Shown in pieces: positions 1 to 10,660 of a stretch of 64,000 bases of DNA; the stretch's first letter is position 1; each line of letters begins with the position of its first letter. Position numbers and translations under genes: made by a program. The DNA is taken from contig NW_003314268.1 of the NCBI RefSeq assembly GCF_000143415.4, forward strand, positions 325,117-389,116, in the 5' to 3' direction. Below the pieces are notes generated by a model that was given only the letters and a program-made list of their open reading frames with translations, made no database searches and was not told where the DNA came from. The DNA is from Selaginella moellendorffii (Eukaryota; Plantae; Lycopodiophyta).

Positions 1-1673
1 TCACACCAAAGTGTTCAAATTAGATATGCTGAGCCACACTAGGCAATCTAACTGTGCATCATGACTCCAGGGCATCCCCCGCTTGGCGGTGTGCCCAAGC
101 CAGTCTCTTTACTGAGAGTCCATGACCACCGAAAAATGAGTGTCCTCATATTTCAAACCATCACCTCGCCCTAGTGAGTTGGGACTCAAACCCAAGCACT
201 AGAGGGTCGAGACTCGAACCCAACCTCTGTATATGCATCTACAGAAGGCATCAGGCATGACTCCCCATGCTAGTGCACCAACTTATACTCAAAACACGTT
301 AAAGATCACAACTTAGGAACCTAGTTCCTTCGCACTGCCAAGTCCTCTCACTTGACAAGTTTATGATCATGTATGGACTCCTCCATATTTGGCCCCACGG
401 GCCACCCCTTTGAAGTTGGCTCCTTCAACTAGGGTATTTGTTCCCTTGACTTGTCAATCTTAGTTAACAGGTCATCTGACCACCGTAACATGGTTCATGT
501 ATAAGCGTGAAAGTCCTTAACCATCGACTTTTGTTCAAAGCCCTCTCTTTGAACACTTAGGAACTACTTCCCTAATCTTGATAGCCTCGCCTCTTGGCAA
601 GCTTCAAGACCACGCTTCTGCTGCGCCACTCTAATTTTGCGCGCTCTATGAACCATTTGCACTTGGCTTCCTAGGTATTAAGCTACATAGAATTGTCTTT
701 GGGAACTTTTGAAGGAACTTTGTCCCTTAGTTTGCTAAGGCCTCTCCTTTTGCAAGCTTTTAAATTGCCATATGGTCTAACATGGATAATTCCATGCTTT
801 AAACTCTTTATGGCATCATGGTTGCTAAAAACAACATACTTGAGCACCCACTTGATTCTCCACTCCCAACTGGCATAACCACCCTTGGTTATGCAATTCA
901 ATTTTTATAGTTTGGTTCTATCTCCTTACTACTTGCCTCTAGCCTCACACCTTTCCTTCAGTTATTCTCCTCCAGACTAGGAGGATAGCTTTGCACTTTT
1001 TACTATGCCGTAACAAGTATTCTTAGGGATGAACTTACCCGATAGCTTAGGGAGTGGTTCCTCAATCCAGGTATGCTCAACTTATAATCCCACACACCAG
1101 GATTAATGTTGCTATTTATAGGCTTTTATATACCCATCACTAGCCTTGCCAAAATTCCATTTTGGCTTTATCCAATTTGGGTAGACAGTTTTCTTCTGTC
1201 TTTGCAACCTTGGACGTTTGGATAGCACCTTCTATTCATCATTCGCTAGGGACTTAATCCCTTGGGCCTTATCTATTGCCCTCGGGACACTAAACACCAC
1301 CTCCTGGTGTTTTAGAGTGTTTGGGTGTCTCAATGATGGCTTCTTTGATAATAAGCATTTCCTTTTATGACATTGACTCACTATATCGCAACATAAGCAA
1401 TTTATCCCCTGTAAGGGTATATCTAACTTTTTTATGCCATTAAGAAGTCTTAAGTAGCCATATTCTACCTGTTTAATCAATTATCTTGCATCTCTTGCTT
1501 AATTGCCTCATAGTTGTCAAGTCCTATAACTCATTGCTTGGTGCTTCCACACCTCCATCATTATCTAGGTCACCACACTCCAACCGCATGCTTTCCAACT
1601 TAGGCTATGCTTTCCTATTTCCATTAGGATTCCTTTGGGAAGGGGTTTTCGTGAACTTGCCAACTTCATCTAA

Positions 1674-1695
1674 GCTCTATTTCGTTAAAGTGGGA
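1674..1695 (+). repeat. Left terminal inverted repeat
   Basis: GCTCTATTTCGTTAAAGTGGGA is the exact reverse complement of 14912-14933. Confidence 0.9.
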
Positions 1696-2102
1696 ATTGT
1701 CATTATCCCACTTGTAAAATAAGGTTTCCAAACCTTTATATAGTATATAAATATAACAAAATTCAACTGCATTGAGGCACATGCCATTTTATTTTAAACA
1801 AGGAAATGTCTACTCAATCACTTCTCACTGCTTCACCTCTCTCTTCTCCTTGTCATCGTCGTCCAATTTCTTTCCATCCTTTTAATATTGGCTCAGTTGC
1901 TCCGAGTCTAGGTGGAGCCCAAGTCCCCATTCAATCTTTACTTTCCCCTTATTAATAAAACAACTTCGTAGACTTCCAATAACATGCTGTAACACTTCTA
2001 GTATAATGCAAATCCTCTCAAAGAATTGTCTTTTAATATTAATACAATGGCATGGAACCCCATGCCATAATAAGTTACATTTTTAAATAAATACATGCCA
2101 TC

Positions 2103-5100
2103 TCAGACTGTTATTTTTTGCCTCCAACGCCTATACAATAATCTTGGAATTTCATCACTCTCCACACTATCAGGATTTAAACCCAATAGTAATGCCATCT
2201 CTTCTCTAATACGTCCACGCTCATGTTCAGTGGTCGAAGAACCCATCCGGTTGAGCAGATTATGGAGATGCGGATAGTGCTTGGCTAGACAATATACATG
2301 CCATAAATGATGACTGGTGTCTGTCTGATCAAATGGCTTCTGATATACCGTTCCATCTGCCATTTGGTTGATTTCTGCAGCCACCTCCTGGACTAGCCGG
2401 TTCTCTATCACCATCGCTTCAAGCCGTTTTGCAAGGTCCCCCAGAACATACGGTTTCTTCTCCCTAGTTTCCATACTACAAGAGATGGGGTGCACTGCAT
2501 ATGTGTGCGTGTTCGCTGCAGTTTTAATCGGCGAGTCATCGATGATGAGGATTTCACTTGACCTAGCAGTCCGGTTCATCACTACAGCCTCTGCCTTGAC
2601 GAAGATGGGCTTGCTACCCCTCACATGGACCATAGTCAAGCAATCCTCCTGCGTTAGGAGAAAGTCAAATGGTAATATTACTCGCGTTTGATCGTGCATC
2701 ATCTGTAGCAACGTTAATGCATTGTGGCGCATCATGGATGTCCAAACTCCCAATTGCAAATTGAACCCGGCCCTCTGTTTTAAGTGTCGCATGGTCATTA
2801 TTAGATCCCGCAGTTTCTCCCGTGTGATTAATGTGAATCTGTCTCTTTTGACCAACTTGCGACCGCAGGCTTTGGAGGGTGCAGTGACATTCGAGGACGA
2901 GCCACGCTCATGGGAGAAAAGGACACCGTTCAGATCAAAAACGATACAGTACTTTCGCCGTGACTCTGAAATGAAATGCGTTAGCATAAAAAATGGTACA
3001 AGTCAATTTTACCATCTACAATATTAGCGAATGGTGCTCCCGATGGTCGTTCAGAGGGTTTTGGTCGAGGAAACGTGAAGGGCGGAAATACTCTCCTCTG
3101 CAATGTGGGGTCAATCGCATCCGATGGCGTGTGGGCACATGCCATTTCAGCTGTAGACTCTGGTACAACTGGCTCAACAGTGGCATGGGGTGGTTCCGAT
3201 GGCGTGTGATCACACGCCATTTCAGCTGGTGCCTCCGTTGACAAAGTGGACATGACCGAACAGGCAGCAGGGGCGGTGTAGGGAGGTTCCAACGGCGCGT
3301 AGTCAGACGATTGGGCACACGTTGGAAATGAGGATACGACCGGCTCGGCGGCTGGGGCGGCCTCATGCGGGTCCAATGGCGCCTGGTCACCGTCAGTTGG
3401 ATACGTGGACAAGATTGACTCAGTGGTATGGGCAGCATCAAGTGGAGCGTGGTCAGCTTGCTTGGCGTTGATATGGATAGTAGCCTCCACCAGCTCTGAT
3501 GACTCTTGCAGGCAAGTAGAGTCCACTGGCGGATCCATATGCATGTCCAAATATCTCCCTTCGATTGAGATGGTATCCTCCCGTGCTACTAAAAACAAAC
3601 TCATTAGCACATTGAATCGACTATACTGTATTTACCATCAACTGCTATTGAGGAACTAGGACCGATATCACTTGGGCGCACTGCTGATTCTGAAGGATTG
3701 GACATACGTTTCGACCCTTGCTTGGCACTATCCTTCCTCGACACTAAAGGCTAGAGTTTGTATCTTAATTCAACTGAATAATCTCTACTTACCATTTCTT
3801 CTGCGACCTACATGGACAATGTTAGAAATGGTAAAAGGTTAGGAATGGATGTACTATTATTTACCTGATGGTTTGTCTTGTATGACCTTCCTCTGCTGCT
3901 CTTTGGCCACCTCAGGCTGGCCATCATCGTCATCATCGTCATCGTCGTTATTGTGATCGTCACCATTGTGAGGACCATCCAAGTCCTCTTCGTCCTCCTC
4001 TTCTTCGTCCTTCTCTTCTTCGTCCTCCTCTTCGTCCTTCTGCTCTTCCTGCTCATTATCTTTCTCTGGCTCCTCATCCCCCTCTTGCATTTCTTCCATA
4101 GGCTGCTCAGGCTGGATTGCTTGTTTTTCCAGGACCATCTTGGAAAAATCATCTGGCCGAGTCTCCATCTCAAAATACAAGACATCCATAGCCTGTTTTA
4201 GTGCGTGACCTAGGACCGTATCCTCACCCGACTGTCTTAACATGGTTTCTGCACGTTCTTGCACCCTTCGAAGACGACGAGATGAGAAAAACGTGGCCCT
4301 GACTTGAAAAGCATCCCTCATCCATTGTACCTCTCCATTGAGATTGGGGAAGGGGAGTCCGCCATAGGAATCTGAGTCAGAAGGTGGTGACTAGCTCCTT
4401 TCACTCAGCCCTTGATCTGCAATGAATGGCATGAGCACACACGCCATAACCGCGAGGCATTACCTATCATCTTTTCGTTGCCCTTCTTCCTTTTCGAATC
4501 AAACGCCTCTGATCCCGACGACTGTCCAACGTGCTTTCGCTTTTTATGACCACTGTCAGTTTGAGCTTGGCTGGTGCTTGCCTGTTTTGCCTTTGAAGAA
4601 GTGTCTCCTGCAAGGAATGGCATGAGACCACACGCCATTGCAAATATAATTTGTACCTCCTTTTTTCCTATTGCTTGTCTGTTTGTCCTTCTTCGACGCG
4701 CCACCAGTGCGCTTTTCAGTCCTCGTGTCTGAATATTCACAACGATCTATAATCAAAATGGCGTGAGGCCTCACGTGACCTTACCTTGTGCAGGTTGTGA
4801 CCTCGGCCTAACATCAGTAGCTGTTAACGCCGTTTCAGCATCTGGGGGTGGCCACGCTCCTGCATACAGAGCTTGTGAGATAACATTTAAACTTAAAGTG
4901 CGTACTCACCAGGTTCGTAGAGAAGATACTGTTTTTCTTTGGCAACTGTAATTATATGCTCCATTGAAGTCACCTCTTCAATGGAGTTTGTCACCGCAAC
5001 ACACGGAACACCCTTGAGTAGTGCGGCTCGAAAGAATAGTCCGCCGCAGTTGTACTCGACAACGCATTTGCCCTTGGAGTCACCCGCTATTGCGTTGAAG

Positions 5101-7693
5101 ACCCAGCTGAGCATTTCCCATGCTGCACCTGGAGCTTTCTTTGGATTCGAAAGCTCCATAGCCGTCTTCAGTTCCTCAGGCACGGGTAAATTGACCTCCC
5201 TCAGATCAATTCGATCGGCTTTGTTGAACGAAGCTGGGAAGTCACTCCAGTCCCACTCTGCTGCAGGACCAATAACAAGGGCGACTGTGAAGATGCGGAC
5301 ATTCGTCGGTATCTTCTTCTTAGCCATTATCCCATGGATCTCCCGCATCTCCTTGCCTTTCAACCGAGCCTTCACCTCGTTCAAGGCCTTCCAGAACTTG
5401 TGATAGGATTCGGAGTCGTAGATCATATAGTGGATTGAAGATTCCACCTCCGCAAGTCCCACCATTAAGTCAATGATGGAGCTGACTTCGTCTGCATGAG
5501 TGATCTCCTCGTTTGTGAAGTCCATCACACAAAAGATGTTCTTGACCTGCTCATCTCCGCGGGAAACGATGCTCCTCCACCTTTGATCCTCATCCGAATT
5601 CACGTATACCCGGTAAGGTTCTCGATAGGCCTCTGCTGCGGGGTCGAGCTGTTTCTGAAGCCGGCGGTCGACATCCCTCTTAATGAAATTTGGATACTGA
5701 TCCAACTTCTCAGCTTTACTTTTCGTGGCATCCCGCAGCAGATCGATGAACTTGGGGGCCCCCTTCACGTACTCGTCGATGTCTTCATTTGACAAGTCCA
5801 GCTCTTCCATCATCTCTTGCGTGGTGTCGATGCTCACCCTCGCCACGGCCACTTGCTCGAAGATCCAATCCTTCAATAGCGCACGAGCTCTCAGAGTCGT
5901 GCACAAGTCCTCGTATGTCACAATATGGCCGGGAGTCATTTTGGTCTTGTTGAAGACTACCTCACCAAGTAGAAGAGCATTAGCCACTGTCAGAAGGTCG
6001 TCGTCGTCTAGAGACCGCGAGAAACGCAAGGCGTTGAGCTTCAAATCATTGGGCTTCCGGCCGTCCTCCACACCCATTGAGTTTAGCAACTCCCCGTCAT
6101 GGTACCTCCTTAGCACATCTACCCATTTGTCAAAAACAACTTTTGTCGCGAGTAGAATGTTATGGATGCTGAGTGTGTCATTGACCCCCAGTGTTTTCGA
6201 GAGAAGACTCGAGAATTCCTGCAATGGAAATGGCGTGAGGCCACATGCTATGCCACATGCAACGAGGCTTACCTGCCAGGCGCTAGTTGCTAGTGCACGT
6301 CCTTGTCCTGGTTTTTGTGGCTTCTTCAGTTGAACCCAGAGCTTCCGTGTTCGTGCCAATGTCTCGTGCAGACCCGATTTGTAGCACGTTTCTTGCTTGA
6401 CATTCTGCGCGTGGGAGATGTATATGATAGATCGGAGGGGCGAGTTGCCTTTTATCAGGCGGACAACTCTTGTCTTGAAGACTTTCTTCACCTCCTCGCC
6501 CACCATAATATCCACAACTATCTGTTGCATCGCCAAGCTAGAATGCTGCCCGGAGACGGCATAGAACCGGATGTTCTGATCGTCCAACACCTTCCTATTG
6601 ATCAAGTCTGGAAACCTCGTCTCGCCCTTCATTGTTCGGTAGTAGGGGATCACGTCTGCGATGTCGGGTGTTACTGGACTTGCCAGCATCTTCTGCTTCA
6701 GTTTCTCCACCCACTCATCAGATACTAGCCTGTGGTTGTATTTGCTTTGGATCTCGATACGGCTCACGTCGATTGTATATACTTTGTTGGAATAGTAACA
6801 AGTACTATTATCTGCGACGATTTTTGCTGCCTCTTCTTGCTCTTTCTGCTCTTTGCGGCTCTTCTTTTTGGTGGGTGTAGTGTTCGAACCCGAGGCAATG
6901 GCATCACCGAGTAGCTTCTTTTTTGGAGCAGCAGAGTCGGACGTCGGCTTGAGCTTGACCACCCTTTTCTGCTTCGGGGTAGTTTCCAGATCGACCCCCT
7001 TCCCCTTCGCTTCGCAAACTGGAGGCACTCTCAACGGCTCAATGTTGGAATATAGTTTTTGAACATCGCCGTAGGTGAGGTCCGTGGATTCCATGTGATC
7101 TTCATAAACCCGCAGCGTCTTTGAAATTGTGGGCCTCCTGGACAACCTCTCCCTAGCTCCCTCTAGGAATTCCTCATAGCCGCTGCCCCCCTCCGGGAAG
7201 CCGCTAGGATGTGCAAGGTGGATCTTGAAGGCGGACGCTGTCTCTACCACAAGTGCCAGTCCATATTCTTGCATGGAACTGCATGGAGTGTCTGTCACTT
7301 GGATGAGGATCCCCATGCATTCTTTTCTCCCACCATCTGTGTTGTACAGCATCAGATCCTCGCCTTCCATCCCGAAAGTCCAACTGGTGAGCTCCTCCCC
7401 CTTCTCTGCATCCACATTGACAGTGGCTGGAAGAAGAACGCAATTCCTCGCCTGTTCAAAAATGCACAACAATTAGACCTGACAGATGAAAAGCTAGCAG
7501 CTGGAAATAACGTGAGGCCACACGCCATTCACCACTGCATCAGATGTCTTGAGGCTGCATCCTAAGATGGCGTGAGGCTACACGCCATCTGTAACCGGAC
7601 TGCACTCGAGAGCCCAATCGGTGCATGCCAATGTTGCTACTGAATGGCATGTGGCCTCATGCCATTTTCTACTTCGTCTAAAAGACTTACCAT
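2103..7693 (-). CDS. Spliced transposon cargo gene (~1631 aa): ParB/Srx-like domain, degenerate N6/N4-MTase-like fold, acidic/low-complexity linker and C-terminal FCP1/NIF-like HAD domain; one in-frame stop
   Basis: Manual splicing with GT-AG introns at 7452-7690, 6219-6272, 4860-4909, 4729-4784, 4608-4656, 4417-4463, 3808-3864, 3744-3792, 3589-3635 and 2966-3012 joins the ORF-track pieces into one 4896-nt frame. There is a single TAG at 4391-4393 (likely CAG>TAG). Motifs: NHRLVSDEWVEKLKQKM...FYAVSGQHSSLAM (ParB-like); KGKCVVEYNCGGLFFRAALLKGVPCVAV (MTase motif-I-like); IVFDLNGVL...LGVWTS...LIIDDSPIK (FCP1-like). Confidence 0.75.
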
Positions 7694-7914
7694 TTGAAGC
7701 CGAATGGAGGCCGTGACAATCGAGGCCGGACTCGCTGGCGAATGTGCACTGTGTGTGCAGCGGATCGTAGCAGCAAGGCTACTCTGCCACTTACAGTTGG
7801 AGAGTGGTGCTGAAATCTCCCGGGACGCCAAGTGGGCTGCGTGTGGGTGGTGGAGTGGGCGGCGGAGTTGGCGGCGAAGTTACAAACTGGGTGTGTCTTG
7901 AAGTGGACGCCGAT

Positions 7915-8092
7915 GCACACGAGCGCGATGCGAGCGCGAGTGTGATGCAAGCGCGAGTGGACGCAAGCGCGAGTGGACGCCGATGCACACGAGAAACCTG
8001 TAGAGAAGTGAGCGTGATCGCGAGTGGGAGCGCGATGCGAGCGGGAGCGCGAGTGTGATGCGAGCGCGAGCGCGAGTGTGCGAGCGCGAGTA
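7915..8092. repeat. CpG-rich GCGAG(C/T)G-type simple repeat upstream of the cargo gene
   Basis: Runs such as gcgagcgcgagtgtgatgc; a similar tgcgagcgg repeat lies at 10165-10295 upstream of the transposase. Confidence 0.7.
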
Positions 8093-8409
8093 CAAAGCAA
8101 AATGCAAAACCTAACCTCACACGCGCGAAATGTCACAACAGTTGGTAATCCCGCCACGTCATCATTCCTCGGACTTGGGCGCCACCATTAATTTCTGGAT
8201 TGCCGCGCGCATGCAAGCACGCAAAATCCAAAAGAAATCCGCAACGTCATCATTCCTCGGACTGCATGCACGCGAAATCCAAAAGAAAGATCATGATTGG
8301 GATATCATTTAATACCCTCGCTATATTTATACCATGCATGATTGGATATTCCAAAGCATCTTGTATTTCCAAAAATGGCAGATGTTCAGCTAAATAAAGA
8401 AATTCTATC

Positions 8410-9800
8410 TGTTTCTATTTTTCTCTCAAATCAATATTATAGCGTGTGGGCTCATGCAATTTTGAACCAAAGAAACCCAAAAAACGTTGGACCCAAAATA
8501 TTTTGAAAAAACCCAAAAAACCCTAAACATTTTAAACCCAAAAATCCAGGCGTCCTGTGCCGTTATTCCTTGAATGGCGTGTGGGCGCATGCCATTTTCA
8601 GGGCCAAATGCTGAATGGAGAAAAATTCCCTTTCAGTGCAAATGCTGCAAGAGGCAGATGCCGAGCACAAAGGACTGTAACTACCTCACATGACACAGAT
8701 AAACTTTTCTCTATTTGGCAAAGATAAACTTTATAGCGTGTGGGCTCATGCAATTTTGAACCCAAAAAATGCACCAAAAAATTCTCGGCGTCATCTGGCA
8801 TTATCTCTTGAATGGCGTGGGGCCGCATGCCATTTTCAGGGGCACATAGGAGTATATTCCTAGGATATTCTGACACGCGCGAGATTTTTTTGAGTTTTCT
8901 GGAGATCCAACCGTTAGATCACAACTAGATTTTACAGAATGGTATACAATGTCTTTCTTGATGACCCTGCAAAGAAGCATCTCAATCGGACACCACATGA
9001 GACCACACGAGCCTTACAATGTTTCAGGGGCATTTGCCATAGATCCGACCGTTATTTTGCTCAAAGATTTCACAGTTTGGTGTGCATTGACCTTTCCATC
9101 GAAACTGCAAAGGGACATCACAATCAGATGCGGGATCACAAGAAACTAACTTCACTAACTCTGGTTTCACCAAGCATTTGCCACATGTTTAGGGTTTAGG
9201 GTTTAGGGTTTAGGGTTTAGCAATTCAGTAGCTTGATAAACATGCAAATACAGAACTTGATGCAAAATCCTTTGATATGTCACAATGCCCCTAGGACCAT
9301 AAACACATTTCAATAGAGAGGGTCCTTTCATTTCATAACTCCTTGCGTGAAGAAAGATGCCCTTTCTGGGCAAATGCTGTAAGAGGCAGATGCCGAGCAG
9401 AGGTATCTCAGGCTAGCGAAGGGGACGAACGAAAGCTAGCTATAAACATGACGGGATGCAAATAGATTACTAGGCTGGTCCTACGAAAATCAAAAACCAT
9501 AATTGAAAACATTGAAAATGCAAAAAGAAAGGTTTATAATATTTTTGAATTTTAGGCAACCAAAGGAATGTAAGTAGGGCATGTGTTTGTAAGTTTAAAA
9601 ATGCCTCAACCACTTAAATTCCCAAGTAAATAAAGCTGTTTCTATTTTTGGTACAGGTAAACTTTATAGCGTGTGGGCTCATGCAATTTTGAACCCAAAA
9701 ATGCACCAAAAAATGCTCGACTAGCATTATTCTTTGAATGGCGTGTGGCCTTATGTCGAGCATTATTCTTTGAATGGCGTGTGGCCTTATATTGCCATAA
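8410..9800 (+). repeat. Three related ~130-190 bp direct repeats in the intergenic region, each with two or more palindromes
   Basis: Unit ctattt...atagcgtgtgggctcatgcaattttgaacc...ttattc...tgaatggcgtg at about 8415-8600, 8710-8840 and 9640-9795; 36-bp tandem duplication at 9723-9794. Confidence 0.75.
9188..9220 (+). repeat. Interstitial plant telomeric repeat, (TTTAGGG) x ~4.7
   Basis: tttagggtttagggtttagggtttagggtttag seen directly. Confidence 0.9.
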
Positions 9801-10660
9801 ATGGACGTACACACACAGCGTAATTATTCCTTTACACGGCGAATAATCTTGGCGCGGATCGCTGACATGGCATGGCAAAGTTCGAATCACTGACATGGCA
9901 CAGCTGGATCGAGGCAAGGACATGATGTGACAAAGTTCAACCTCCGACAGCAAAGTCTAGAAGCTACTCAGTTTGAAATTTGTCAGAGGAATCATAAGAT
10001 CTGGTTTGTCAGAGGATTTGATGTGACGTTCAAGCGTGTGTTATTTTTGAATTCTCGAACTCATTCCTAGGTCTATCATTTTTGTGCGCCGTGTTCTTGG
10101 TTCCGCTGAGCGCAGTGAGTGCTGCTTGTGTAAGCGGCGTTGTGGGCTGTGGTTTATGCGTCTACGAGCGGTTGCGGCATTGCGAGCGCCATTGCGAGCG
10201 GCAGTTTATGCGAGTGGCAGTTTGTGCGAGCGGCGCTACGAGCAGTTGCGGTGTTGCGAGCGGTGCTACAAGTAGTTGCGGTGTTGCGAGCGGCACTGTC
10301 TTTGGTGTGGCTACCGCTTCCTCTTGATATTCGGCACTTGTGCTTCCTGGTATGTTCACCATGGAATGGCTTAGGACCACATTTAGAAATGGCATGAGGC
10401 CACATGCCATCTTGGGCCCTTGCAATTTCATGGCTAGCGTATTGTCATGTATGTTTTTACTTGCCTGCAGCTGTGTGTATATCAAGATGGCATGAGGCCT
10501 CATGCCAATTTTGTGAATGCAAAATTTCACGTGGGTGTCAATAGCATGTTTGAATAATGGCATGTGGCCTCATGCTATTGAGGTTGTTTGGTATGTTATG
10601 ATTTAGGCCATTCTCCAATCATTTTTTGTATGGTCTTAACTTCTTTTCTGCACTTTCAGA

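Noticed and set aside
1-1670. Possible decayed retroelement or LTR sequence
   Set aside because: It looks repeat-derived, but I could not support any domain, terminus or partner repeat.
3808-4201. Hydrophobic or basic ORFs 3878-4201 (+) and 3808-4185 (-)
   Set aside because: They are shadow frames of the acidic D/E-rich exon.
9188-9220. True chromosome end
   Set aside because: There are only about 5 units, internal to a TIR-bounded element.
4405-10563. Short ORFs sharing MRPHA or MACGL peptides as a peptide family
   Set aside because: These are translations of the DNA palindrome in different frames.
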